IMG/VR virus record: IMGVR_UViG_3300031938_000019 | Location: 1-29,743 of that record | DNA from: a virus | Taxonomy: Duplodnaviria > Caudoviricetes | Reading direction: 5' to 3' (one strand) | Length of the DNA: 29,743 bases | In this document: positions 16,409-25,080 of the stretch, piece by piece | Layout of the letters: every line of letters starts with the position of its first letter | Position numbering within the stretch: position 1 is the stretch's first letter | Translations under genes and position numbers: made by a program | Notes under the pieces: generated by a model | Told to the model about the DNA's origin: nothing | What the model saw: the letters and a program-made list of their open reading frames with translations, nothing else | The model's database searches: none

Positions 16409-16804
16409 CCCCAGTCCGGCCAGCAGGTCGGGCTCCACCGTCTTACGGAATCGCGCGGCCATCTGAACGGCCGTCCGCGTCGCGTCGTCCCGCTTCTCGT
16501 CTACCGCCGCCCGATGCGCGGCGAGGGCGTAGGTCGCGTGACACTGTTCTTCCTCGGCCTCGAAAGCGAACTGGTAGTCCGGGTCGCGGCACCAGACCTT
16601 CGGTAGCCCGCAGGAGGGGCAGGTGTCGGCCTCCTCCTCCGCGAGCGCCACCGCCGCATCAGTGTCCGCGTCGAGGAACAGGGGTTCACCGGGCGGCGGA
16701 GTAGGACGCCCGGTGAACACCGAATGGGGAACCCCGTAGGCGCGCGCCTGCTCTAGTTCGAGCCGGAACCGGCGATCAGTTCGGAGGCGCGCACGGAGAA
16801 AGGG
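16385..16804 (-). CDS. Tail assembly chaperone, post-frameshift (-1) segment
   Basis: Open -1 frame from slippery site; CPSCG and CHA motifs; between TAC and TMP. Confidence 0.8.
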   Translation of the reverse strand, partial: PFLRARLRTDRRFRLELEQARAYGVPHSVFTGRPTPPPGEPLFLDADTDAAVALAEEEADTCPSCGLPKVWCRDPDYQFAFEAEEEQCHATYALAAHRAAVDEKRDDATRTAVQMAARFRKTVEPDLLAGLGLGDGDVD

Positions 16805-17274
16805 ACCGTCGTGCTCCCCGTAGACGCCAGCCACGCGGCGCCCACCATTTGATCAGCGTGTCCGCGGGACACCTGCTCGAGCAGCTCGTCGGCCTGCGCC
16901 TCGGTCATCGTCGGCTCGACCGCCGACGCCGCGAGCAGCGCGCCCGCGCCGGCCTCGACGTCCCAGGCCATGTTCGAGCCCTCGGGAGCGGGGAAGCGAT
17001 CCGTGATCCGCTTGAGCGTGTTTTTGCCCAGGCCGCGGAACTTGAAGGTGATCTCAGCGTCGCGCATCTCGGCTTCGAGATCGTGGATGCGCTGCGCCAC
17101 CTCGCGCCGCTCGCCGCCGCCGGACAGAGAGTTGTTGCCCAGCGCCTCACGGTTGAGGAAGTCGAGGCGCGCGGTCAGGTCATCGTGCTCGGCCTGCAGG
17201 TCACCGCGCAGACAGATAGCAACAGACCGAACCGGGACCTTGATCTTGCCGAGAACGTCTTCGATCGATGGCAC
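16753..17274 (-). CDS. Tail assembly chaperone
   Basis: After major tail gene; GTG 17274 has AGGAG 5 nt upstream (alternative start 17280). Confidence 0.85.
   Translation of the reverse strand: MPSIEDVLGKIKVPVRSVAICLRGDLQAEHDDLTARLDFLNREALGNNSLSGGGERREVAQRIHDLEAEMRDAEITFKFRGLGKNTLKRITDRFPAPEGSNMAWDVEAGAGALLAASAVEPTMTEAQADELLEQVSRGHADQMVGAAWLASTGSTTVPFSVRASELIAGSGSN
16798..16804 (-). other. Programmed -1 frameshift site C CCT TTC
   Basis: X XXY YYZ heptamer in correct phase (GTC CCT TTC to CCC TTT CTC). Confidence 0.8.
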
Positions 17275-17283
17275 TGGCACTCC

Positions 17284-17344
17284 TGGCTGGAAGTTGGCTG
17301 GATGGCTGGAGACGGAGGGCGGTCCAGCCAGGCCGCCCTCCGTC
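17284..17344 (-). promoter_or_regulatory. Hairpin plus triple repeat (possible pseudoknot) in chaperone leader
   Basis: 12-bp stem with loop TGGCTGGA, followed by three TCCAGCCA copies. Confidence 0.55.
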
Positions 17345-17351
17345 GTCTAGA

Positions 17352-17852
17352 TCAGGCTGCGACAACCGCCGGGTCGTCGAACCCGCGCGGGGTGCCGGTC
17401 GAACCGAGCTGAACCGTCACCGTCTGGATGGTGTTGGGCGCCGGGACGTCCGGGTTCGGCCGGCCGCACTGCGACGGGTAGACCTCGACCTTCTGGGCAG
17501 CCGCGAAGGCCAGCCCGGAGTCGAGGCCGCGGCGCACCACGAGGTAGCCGACCGCACGGAAGGACAGGGCGTCGCGGACGGCATCGGTCGTGCCGGCTGC
17601 GCCCGCCTTGTACTTGAGCGTCGTGGTCACCTTCGACCGGCCGACCTGCTCGGTGTCGTACGTCGAAGCCAGCGCCGAGTTGTCGATCATGCTCGTGTCG
17701 AACGAGATGTTCAGCCCGTCCGGCGTCAGCCGGCTCTCGAGCGCGACGCCCGCGGTCAGCTCGGCCACCGTGGGGGCGCCGAGGTTGGCGATGATGGGAA
17801 CCCAGGAGGCGCGGAGGTTCCCATCCAGCAGCATGTCAGCGATGTTGGGCAC
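17352..17852 (-). CDS. Major tail (tube) protein
   Basis: APTVAELTAG, GYLVVRRG, QKVEVYP motifs of actinophage tail tube proteins. Confidence 0.9.
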   Translation of the reverse strand: MPNIADMLLDGNLRASWVPIIANLGAPTVAELTAGVALESRLTPDGLNISFDTSMIDNSALASTYDTEQVGRSKVTTTLKYKAGAAGTTDAVRDALSFRAVGYLVVRRGLDSGLAFAAAQKVEVYPSQCGRPNPDVPAPNTIQTVTVQLGSTGTPRGFDDPAVVAA

Positions 17853-17853
17853 T

Positions 17854-18015
17854 TCACTTCTCCTGGTTCGTGGCGTCGGCGGTGGCCTTGCTGTTCACTC
17901 GGCCGTCGGAGGTCAGGACGAGGTAGCCCTGGTTGACGAAGAACGGGACGGCCGCCTTCGGCTTCTGGATCTCCTGCCCCTCGGGGCTTCGGAGGGTCAC
18001 GCGATCGTCGGCCAC
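17854..18015 (-). CDS. Hypothetical protein (53 aa), not in ORF track
   Basis: VADDRVTLRSPEGQEIQKPKAAVPFFVNQGY...; AAAGGGG RBS. Confidence 0.65.
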   Translation of the reverse strand: MADDRVTLRSPEGQEIQKPKAAVPFFVNQGYLVLTSDGRVNSKATADATNQEK

Positions 18016-18045
18016 AGCGGGCCCCTTTCGTGTCGCTTGGGGTGA

Positions 18046-18067
18046 CCACCCCGGGGCCCCGGGGTGG
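18046..18067. repeat. Perfect 22-bp palindrome
   Basis: CCACCCCGGGG|CCCCGGGGTGG, intergenic. Confidence 0.9.
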
Positions 18068-18085
18068 ACGTTAGAAATGGCTGGT

Positions 18086-18490
18086 TCAGGCGAGCGAGGT
18101 TGCGAAGCGCCACTCGCTGACCACGTCGAACAGCGGCGGGTCGGCGTCGTCGTCGCGCTGCAACGGCAGGGACGTCAACTGCTCGGGCATCGACAGCAGC
18201 CGGTCGCCGATCGTCTGACCGCGCAGGTCGAGAACGGCGGCGGTGAGCTTCTGAGAGGCGAAGCGGGCCGCGTCCGGCGTCTGTCCGTAGCAGTGGAACG
18301 TGCCGACGACGGAGAAGCCGTCACGGGACGCCAGTGAGCTGTCCTCCACCCGGCCACCGTCGAAGAAAGCCACGATGTAGCGGGTCGTCGCCGTGGCCGG
18401 CTTCTTGCCGTCACCGAACGCCACGCCGGCAGCCTCAACCGCCGCCTTGAGCGCCGACACGAGCGGCTGCACCGCCACGGCCAGCGTCAC
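18086..18490 (-). CDS. Tail terminator-like protein
   Basis: Position before tail tube; QRDDDADPPLF motif. Confidence 0.75.
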   Translation of the reverse strand: MTLAVAVQPLVSALKAAVEAAGVAFGDGKKPATATTRYIVAFFDGGRVEDSSLASRDGFSVVGTFHCYGQTPDAARFASQKLTAAVLDLRGQTIGDRLLSMPEQLTSLPLQRDDDADPPLFDVVSEWRFATSLA

Positions 18491-18873
18491 AGCAGGTGCT
18501 CCGCGATCCGTGCGATGGCATCCTCGAAGCGGGGCTCCTCGGCGTCAAGCGCCCGCCCAAGGTCGCGGTGCGGCGGGGAGTGGTCGCCACCGCCGCCGTA
18601 CTCGAGCAGGTTGCCCAGTGCGCCGCCGCGCTTACCCTTGTCGTAGCCGATCTCGGCCTCGACGACCGGGGAGCCGAAACGCTCGCCGTAGTTCGTGTCG
18701 TAAGTGATCGCGTCGCCAGCGTGGGCGTTGTGGACCGGCGCCGACTGGCGGACGTTCTTGCGCGCCTCGGTCTTGATGCGCTGCGCGCTCTGCTGCACCG
18801 CCACGCGGGAGCCTGCGGCAGCCTTGAGGCCGGACGCGACGAGCGCGGCAGCCAGCGTCTCGGGGGTATCCAT
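18487..18873 (-). CDS. HK97 gp10-like neck/tail completion protein
   Basis: AITYD...AEIGYDK...LGNLLEYG...PH..L..AL. Confidence 0.8.
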   Translation of the reverse strand: MDTPETLAAALVASGLKAAAGSRVAVQQSAQRIKTEARKNVRQSAPVHNAHAGDAITYDTNYGERFGSPVVEAEIGYDKGKRGGALGNLLEYGGGGDHSPPHRDLGRALDAEEPRFEDAIARIAEHLL

Positions 18874-19262
18874 CACGACACCTCCGTGCACGCCAGCCGT
18901 CGGGCGGTGATGTCGTCGCCGCGGGCCACCTTGCGGATCTCCACCGTGATACCGACCAGCGCCGGATCACGGGACTCCGTGACCGTCAGGCGCTGCCCCT
19001 CGATCACCGAATCGACCGCGAACGGGATCGACACGAGGTAGTCGAAGATGAAGACTTCCTCGCCACCGACGGCCATCGCTGAGGCTTGGGTGTCGGCCGG
19101 CCGGACGCGGCACGGGCCGAACCACACCGTCTCCTGCGCCTCGGTCACCTCACCCGTGGCCGGGTCGGTGATCGGCTCGCCGGGGGTGAACACGGTGCAG
19201 GTCGAGGTCATCATCGACTCGGCCATCGCGCGGCCCATCGCGGCGACCTGAGCGACGTTCAC
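18873..19262 (-). CDS. Head-to-tail stopper (DUF6093-like)
   Basis: MTSTCTV...DPATG...VWFGPCRV...TARRL. Confidence 0.8.
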   Translation of the reverse strand: MNVAQVAAMGRAMAESMMTSTCTVFTPGEPITDPATGEVTEAQETVWFGPCRVRPADTQASAMAVGGEEVFIFDYLVSIPFAVDSVIEGQRLTVTESRDPALVGITVEIRKVARGDDITARRLACTEVS

Positions 19263-19723
19263 AGGTTCTCGTACAGCGGCAGGTTCATCGTCAGCACCGC
19301 ACCGCACGAGCAGTACAGGGCGCCGAACCGCAGAGCACAGATGTCGGCGTGCTGCTCCAGCGAGACGCCCACGGTGTCCACCGCGAACGCACCCGAAGGC
19401 CCATCCGTCTTGCACAGGGCCTGCAGCTCCTCGACCTCCGACGGCCAGAACAGCGTCCGCCGCTGCTGCCGGTTGTCGAACGAGAAGGAGGCGTCATCCA
19501 CAGACGCCGTCTGCAGCGCCCCCGAGCCGGCCTCATGCCAGCGCAGGACGACGCCGCGCAGAATCCCCTTGGCGGCCTCAGCGTGCGCGAAGTCGGCCTC
19601 GAGGATGCAGGGCGCGACCCGGGCCGCGCGTGCCGTGACGTCGGCGATCATCGCTTCCGCCTTCGCCGCGGGAATCTCGGCGAACGGTGCGAGGTCGTCA
19701 GTCGTCAGCGACACGGCGGCCAC
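19259..19723 (-). CDS. Head-to-tail adaptor
   Basis: After capsid; ARVAPCI, LFWPSEVEELQALC. Confidence 0.8.
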   Translation of the reverse strand: MAAVSLTTDDLAPFAEIPAAKAEAMIADVTARAARVAPCILEADFAHAEAAKGILRGVVLRWHEAGSGALQTASVDDASFSFDNRQQRRTLFWPSEVEELQALCKTDGPSGAFAVDTVGVSLEQHADICALRFGALYCSCGAVLTMNLPLYENL

Positions 19724-19734
19724 GGGTCACTCCC

Positions 19735-19869
19735 TCACTTGCTGTTGGACTTGGCCGGAGCCGACTTCGCCGCAGCCTTCTTCTCGTCGGCCTTGAAGTC
19801 CGAGGAGAGGAGGACAGCCGTCTCATCCGAGGCGTTGATCACGACGCCCCGGTAAACGAAGCGCGCCAT
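19735..19869 (-). CDS. Small basic protein after capsid (44 aa), not in ORF track
   Basis: MARFVYRGVVINAS...KSNSK; TGATG overlap. Confidence 0.65.
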   Translation of the reverse strand: MARFVYRGVVINASDETAVLLSSDFKADEKKAAAKSAPAKSNSK

Positions 19870-20756
19870 CACACGTTGTCGACGAGCTTCGCAAAAGCCG
19901 TCAGATCCATGAGGGCCCAGCCGTAGACGACCTCCGCCCGCAGCGCGATCTGGTTCTTGCGCTTGAGGTCGCCCTGGCCGTCCGGGTCACCGAACTCGAT
20001 CTTCTGGATGGGGATGTTGCGCTGAACGCCCCACCGGATCGTCGAGAAGTCGCCGATGATGCCGCGCACCTTGGTGTCCGTGGCCTCCGGGGTGGCGGAG
20101 ACGGTGGACGACACCGAGGCGTTCAGGCCCTCGAACTGGGTGATGTTCGTGCCGAAGCCCAGGTCCGGGTACTTCTTGCGACCGTCGGAGTAGCGGGCCG
20201 TAGCCAGCGTCCAGGCGTACTTCGGGTCGAGGGCGATGCCGTTGGGGATGAACCCGTTGGCGATGACCAGACCCGCAGCAGCCTCGACCTCGGTGTCAGC
20301 CGAACCGGCGACCTCGACCGAGGAGGTGGTGTCGGTGACGTTGTCCGTCAGGCCGGAGATGGCCGTGCCGGTCAGCGGGTTGATCGCGTGGTACACGCCC
20401 AGGTCGAGGGCGCGGGCCAGCGCGTTGCCGCAGGCGTCACCGACGGTCTGCAGGACACCGATCTGGTAGTCCTCGTCCGCCCACTGGACCTCCTCGTTGA
20501 AGCGCAGGGTGACCTGCACCTTCTTCGGGGTGATCGTCTTGGTGCCGAAGCCGACGGACGACGACGCCTTGTCGGCGCCTTCCCCGACGTACTCGGCGCG
20601 GGGCCGGGTGTTGAACGTCATCACGGTCACGTCACCGAACTGCATCGGCTCCGAGCCGGAGAGCTGAGCGACAGTCGAGCCGGTGGCGGCCTTCTGCCAC
20701 ATCCCGGCGGCGATGTTCTTGGGGAGGGTGATCCCCGAGGTGGCAAGAACGGCCAC
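19869..20756 (-). CDS. Major capsid protein (HK97 fold)
   Basis: AEYVGEG, GDFS, NQIALRAEVVYGW...AFAKL. Confidence 0.95.
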   Translation of the reverse strand: MAVLATSGITLPKNIAAGMWQKAATGSTVAQLSGSEPMQFGDVTVMTFNTRPRAEYVGEGADKASSSVGFGTKTITPKKVQVTLRFNEEVQWADEDYQIGVLQTVGDACGNALARALDLGVYHAINPLTGTAISGLTDNVTDTTSSVEVAGSADTEVEAAAGLVIANGFIPNGIALDPKYAWTLATARYSDGRKKYPDLGFGTNITQFEGLNASVSSTVSATPEATDTKVRGIIGDFSTIRWGVQRNIPIQKIEFGDPDGQGDLKRKNQIALRAEVVYGWALMDLTAFAKLVDNV

Positions 20757-20773
20757 GGCCGTCTCCTATCTGG

Positions 20774-21244
20774 TCAGGAGGCGAACAGCGAGCGGGCGAC
20801 GTCGCGCTCGTCGTTGTTCACCGAGGGGGAGGACGTGCCCTCGCGGGGCACGTGGTTGCCTTGCTTCTTGGGTGCAGCGACCAAGGCCAGTAGGGCGTCG
20901 GCGTCGGTGGACAGCTCGTCCTCGGTGGCGCCGCGGAGCCGATCGACCAGTTCCGCCGGCAGGCCCTTGGAGATGGCGACCTTCTGGCGGAGCGTGGTCT
21001 GCTCGAACTCGGCGAGCCGGGCGAGGGCGTCGTTCGCTGTCTTCTGCGCCTTCTCCAGCTCGGAGAGGTTCGCGGCCTCGAGTTCCGCCAGCCGCTGTGC
21101 GGCGGTGGCGTTCTCCTTGGCGCGCTTCTCCTGCTCCCGCGCCTTCTGCTTCCAGAAGTCGACCGTCTCGGTCGGCTTCGGCTGCTGGTCGGGGGCGGGC
21201 TCCTGGGCGTCCGTTGCGGTCGCGTCAGGGGTTGGCTCGGTCAT
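20774..21244 (-). CDS. Capsid scaffolding protein
   Basis: Acidic Pro/Thr N-terminus, WKQKAREQEKRAKEN, LSELEKA, LRGATEDEL. Confidence 0.9.
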   Translation of the reverse strand: MTEPTPDATATDAQEPAPDQQPKPTETVDFWKQKAREQEKRAKENATAAQRLAELEAANLSELEKAQKTANDALARLAEFEQTTLRQKVAISKGLPAELVDRLRGATEDELSTDADALLALVAAPKKQGNHVPREGTSSPSVNNDERDVARSLFAS

Positions 21245-21251
21245 GCGGGGC

Positions 21252-21283
21252 TCCCGTTGCGGGAAGTCCGGTCCCGTTGCGGG
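21252..21283 (-). repeat. Twin CCCGCAACGGGA hairpin repeats in scaffold leader
   Basis: 12-nt direct repeats at 21252-21263 and 21272-21283. Confidence 0.8.
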
Positions 21284-21293
21284 TCCGGGGGGT

Positions 21294-22004
21294 CTAGTGG
21301 CCGTCCGTGCCCTCGCGGAGGGCGGACAGGATCGCCTTCGGCCGGCCGCTGTCGGCCGCCTGGCGGGCGTTGATGTAGGTCTGCAGCAGCGCGTCCGGGT
21401 CGTAGCCGTCCGGGTAGGCGTCGCCAGCCCACATCGGGGTCGGGGTGCAGTCGCAGTCGCCGTGGTACTTGCGGCCCTTGCCGGCCGACTCCGCTGACCG
21501 ATAGACGGCGCCGCGTGAAGCCAGGACGAGGCAGAAGGCGCAGGTCTTGCCGACCGGCACCCGGGCCCAGCGAGCCTTCGCCGGATCGCGCCCCGAACTG
21601 TGCGCGATCGTGTCTCTGCCCGGCTGCAGCGCCAGCTCGTCGGTGACCTGCGACAGGCGCCCGATCGCGGCGTCGGCGTCCGTGTTGCCGAACAGTGGGT
21701 CGATCGCCCACCGCGCCCGCGAACGGACCACATCAGCGTCGACCGGCTCGGCCATCTCCGCGACGAACCCGCCGGCCACGCCAGCCTGCTCCCGCAGCGA
21801 GTCGTAGAAGTCGGCCGCCGTAGCCGCCGCGATCTCCCCGTACTGCGCCACCAGCAGCGGCAGGAACTCCTCGAGCGCCGCCCGGACCCTCAGTGGGTCA
21901 GTCGGGTCCAGCTGCCGCCAGAGCCGTTCGAGGTCCCTCAGAGCCAGCGTGCGGATGCCACGGTTCGCCTGAGCGAAAGCCTCGACCTCAGCCCTCGACG
22001 GCAT
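21294..22004 (-). CDS. MuF-like minor head morphogenesis protein
   Basis: WARVP..KTCAFCLVLASRG...YHGDCDC; between portal and scaffold. Confidence 0.85.
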   Translation of the reverse strand: MPSRAEVEAFAQANRGIRTLALRDLERLWRQLDPTDPLRVRAALEEFLPLLVAQYGEIAAATAADFYDSLREQAGVAGGFVAEMAEPVDADVVRSRARWAIDPLFGNTDADAAIGRLSQVTDELALQPGRDTIAHSSGRDPAKARWARVPVGKTCAFCLVLASRGAVYRSAESAGKGRKYHGDCDCTPTPMWAGDAYPDGYDPDALLQTYINARQAADSGRPKAILSALREGTDGH

Positions 22005-23406
22005 CGGGCACCGGCACTGGCACTGACTGGGCCGCAGCCTGCGTCAGCGTCACCAGCGTCGCCCGAGCCTGCGCCCGGCGACGGTCGGCCATCGCCCGGC
22101 GAACCTGCTGCTCACCCAGCCCCAGCAGCTCTAGCCCGACCTCGGTTTCGGCCAGCCACGGGATCGCCGCCAACTGCTTCATGCCAGCGTCGGCCTCAGC
22201 AGCGCGAGAAAGGAAGCGCGGATTACGCCACTGCGGCTCGATCGAACCCCACTCAGCGGGGATCGCATCGAAGCCGTTCTGAATCGCCAGCGCCCGCGTG
22301 ACCGTGCGCCGGATCGGCACCGACCAGTCGTCGTTAGCGCCCTCAGCCTCAGCGATCAGCTCATGCTGCGAGGCGTCGTAAGCCTCGGCGCTGGTCGGGT
22401 TCGCCATGTCCGTGATCGCCGTTGCCGAGTCCGGCAGCGACGCCTCACGGGCGACCGCCTTGGCGAGGAAGTTCAGGTGCGCTAGGTGTGGCGTCGGGTC
22501 CTCGGCCGAGAACTGCTTGATGTCGGCGCGCGGGTTCTCGGCGTCGTCGTCGTCCGGGATGCCGAACACGCGACCCATGACGATCTGCCAGGACTGCTTC
22601 GGGCTGCCGTCCGCGTTCTTGAAGATCGACTCGTCGGCGCCGAGCATCACCAGCTTGGTGATCGCGTAGATGTCCATGTGCGCCTCGAGCCGCACCAGGG
22701 CGCGCATCGCCTGGTCGGTCCACGACATGACCGGCCGGGTGATCCGCGACGAACCCAGGCGCCGCGACGACCGGGGCTTGTAGATCAGCGCGTCAGCGGG
22801 AACGCCCCACGGATGCTCGGTGCGCTCGGCCGACCAACGGCCGGCGCCCTTCTCGGCGGTGATCGTCACGCCGTCGAGGTACAACGCCAGGCCGTTCGGG
22901 TCGCCGTTCTCGTCCCGCGAAGTGATCGACAGCAGGTTGTCGAGCCGACGGGCCCGGTTGTTCCACTGCCCGGTCGCGTTCAGGGCGTCCTTGGCGTGCA
23001 CCAGCGCCATCGGCTCGTCATCGACGCCGCGGGTCGTGATGAGGAACGACACCCCATGCAGCAGCGAGTCCGTGCGCCCCTGAGCCAGCTCGGACAGCAG
23101 GAAGTTGCTGTCGGCCAGCTCCTGCATCCCCAGCGACCCGAGGTCGCCCTCGGGCCACACGAAGCGGTCCACCTTCGACCGGCGGGCCAGCGCATCGACA
23201 GCCTTCGCCGGCCACCCCAGCACGAGGGCCAGCTTCTGGTACTGCGCGGGAACGGTGGTCCCGACCTGCCGCACCATGCGCTTGCTGTCGTAGTAGGCCG
23301 ACCGGACAAGGTTGCGCTGCGTCTTGCCGTTCAGGTCATCGAGCAACAGTCCGAGTGTGCGATTCTCGTCGTCCGAGACGCCGGGAAGGGTGATCTTGTC
23401 TGTCAC
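21988..23406 (-). CDS. Portal protein (SPP1 gp6-like)
   Basis: LGWPAKAVD, GSSRITRPV, NPTSAEA; follows TerL with GTGA overlap. Confidence 0.9.
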   Translation of the reverse strand: MTDKITLPGVSDDENRTLGLLLDDLNGKTQRNLVRSAYYDSKRMVRQVGTTVPAQYQKLALVLGWPAKAVDALARRSKVDRFVWPEGDLGSLGMQELADSNFLLSELAQGRTDSLLHGVSFLITTRGVDDEPMALVHAKDALNATGQWNNRARRLDNLLSITSRDENGDPNGLALYLDGVTITAEKGAGRWSAERTEHPWGVPADALIYKPRSSRRLGSSRITRPVMSWTDQAMRALVRLEAHMDIYAITKLVMLGADESIFKNADGSPKQSWQIVMGRVFGIPDDDDAENPRADIKQFSAEDPTPHLAHLNFLAKAVAREASLPDSATAITDMANPTSAEAYDASQHELIAEAEGANDDWSVPIRRTVTRALAIQNGFDAIPAEWGSIEPQWRNPRFLSRAAEADAGMKQLAAIPWLAETEVGLELLGLGEQQVRRAMADRRRAQARATLVTLTQAAAQSVPVPVPDAVEG

Positions 23407-24860
23407 AGGATCACTGCCACCCTTCGTTCGCCGACTGCACGACCACGCCCCCGACCGGGACGCTTGACTGCTGACGCCTGCGCCCCCCAAAGGGCGAGCG
23501 TGCAGGCCACCAGCGCCGTGATGTCCAGCGCCGAGTTCTTGCGGTTCCAGGCCCAGGCGTCCTGTAGGGGACGCTTCCGGGCAGCTCCGAGCGCCGCGTT
23601 CAACTGCGGCTGGTCGATGTGGTGCAGCCAGCCCTCGACCGCACCGTCAAAGAACGACCCGCACGCCTGCGCCATCTCGCGCGGGCCGGTCGTCGTCACC
23701 TTGATCTTCCTCTTCGACAACTCGTCGATCAGCGACGCGGCCGGAGAGGCACCGTCGATGACCACGGCGCGGATCGCGTTCGCCTCACAGCGGCGGACGA
23801 TGTGCTGCAGCAGCCAGCCGACGCCGTTGCGCTGCTCGTCGAGTTCGATGTGCCACTCACCGTCCGGGCGCTGGCCGGCGAAAGCCACCGACGACACCGA
23901 ACGGTCCGGGCTCACGTCAACGGCAAGGGCGAAACGATCCGTGGCGACAGAGGTCTCGTCGGCGCAGTCGAACCACGCCCCAGACGAGATGACACGATCC
24001 GACCCGGCCTCTTCCCACATGCCGAGCCGTTCACGGGCGAAGCCGTCGTCAGAGAACCGCGCACGCTCACCCTCGATCACGTCGAACTGCAGCCGCGTGC
24101 CCAGCGCCGGGTTCGCCGAGTGCCAGTTCCGCTGGTCGTCGAGGTCCAAGGCGTCGCCCGGCTCACACGACCACTCATGCCAGGCCAGCCGCTTCGACTT
24201 GCCCTCAAGCGCCTCAGCCCGCACGCGGGTGAACACCTCGCCGTTGGCCTTCGGGCCGGGCGGCGTCCCCGTGAAGATCCACTGCGGATTCCCGGACGGA
24301 GCAGCCGAGGTGGTCGGCATCAACGCCTCGAGGGCGTCCTCCGACATCTCCTGCGCCTCGTCCATCACCAGCACGTCGACCGTGAAGCCACGGCCGGAGT
24401 TCTTAGAGCGGGCCACCAGTTCGACGGAGCCGCCGTTCTTGAGAATCACGGCCTCCTGGCCGTTCACCCGGCGAATGTCGGTCACAAGCTCGTTCAGCTC
24501 CGGGTACAGCGCGCCCGGGTCGTTGGCCTGCTGGCCGAAGAAGTGCATCAGCCGGCGGAAGTGCTTCTGTGCCGTCTTCACCTCGTGCGCCGTGTGCAGG
24601 ATCCGCTCACCGCGGCCCACCATGCCGAACAGCTCACGCACCTCGAGCAGCGCGTTCTTGCCGTTCTGCCTGGGAACGCTCAACCCGCAGGTGAGGCTTG
24701 TCCATTGGCCCTTCGACTCGGCCAGCCAGTCATCGAGCACGAACCGCTGCCAGTCGTCCGGCGCCAACCCGTACTCGCCGGCCAGATCGGCAGCCAGATC
24801 CCCGAAGGTCTTCGAGCGCCTAGGGGCGACGTGAACCCGAGGAGGCTGCCGAACGCTCAC
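23403..24860 (-). CDS. terL: Terminase large subunit
   Basis: Walker A VPRQNGKN, Walker B VLVMDEAQ, GTPP, SANPALG, FARERLG, DITALVA. Confidence 0.95.
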   Translation of the reverse strand: MSVRQPPRVHVAPRRSKTFGDLAADLAGEYGLAPDDWQRFVLDDWLAESKGQWTSLTCGLSVPRQNGKNALLEVRELFGMVGRGERILHTAHEVKTAQKHFRRLMHFFGQQANDPGALYPELNELVTDIRRVNGQEAVILKNGGSVELVARSKNSGRGFTVDVLVMDEAQEMSEDALEALMPTTSAAPSGNPQWIFTGTPPGPKANGEVFTRVRAEALEGKSKRLAWHEWSCEPGDALDLDDQRNWHSANPALGTRLQFDVIEGERARFSDDGFARERLGMWEEAGSDRVISSGAWFDCADETSVATDRFALAVDVSPDRSVSSVAFAGQRPDGEWHIELDEQRNGVGWLLQHIVRRCEANAIRAVVIDGASPAASLIDELSKRKIKVTTTGPREMAQACGSFFDGAVEGWLHHIDQPQLNAALGAARKRPLQDAWAWNRKNSALDITALVACTLALWGAQASAVKRPGRGRGRAVGERRVAVIL

Positions 24861-25080
24861 GCAGCTTCTCCTCGAATCGGCTCAGACCAGTCTTCGGCGC
24901 CTCGACCTTGACCCCGCCGCCGAGTTCGTCGATCTGCGCCAGCACATCCATCAGCCGCTGCGACAGGGAAGCCACATCGCGCATCGACGTGCACTCGTCC
25001 AGATCGGCCGCCAGACGCTCCCTGAGCGCCCGCAGAGCCGTAATCCGGTCCCCGGTAGCCGCTGCCTCAGACAGGCTCAC
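24820..25080 (-). CDS. terS: Terminase small subunit
   Basis: Helical 86 aa with ALRALRERLAADLD...RDVASLSQRL; GGGAGG RBS; directly before TerL. Confidence 0.75.
   Translation of the reverse strand: MSLSEAAATGDRITALRALRERLAADLDECTSMRDVASLSQRLMDVLAQIDELGGGVKVEAPKTGLSRFEEKLRERSAASSGSRRP

Noticed and set aside
21294-22004. Capsid maturation protease call
   Set aside because: No recognisable protease catalytic motif; Cys/His pattern fits MuF-like proteins
3211-24911. Long + strand ORFs (3211-4692, 8414-10141, 14948 extension, 22486-24834, 23619-24911)
   Set aside because: Antisense shadows of high-GC genes; only 16100-16408 is credible
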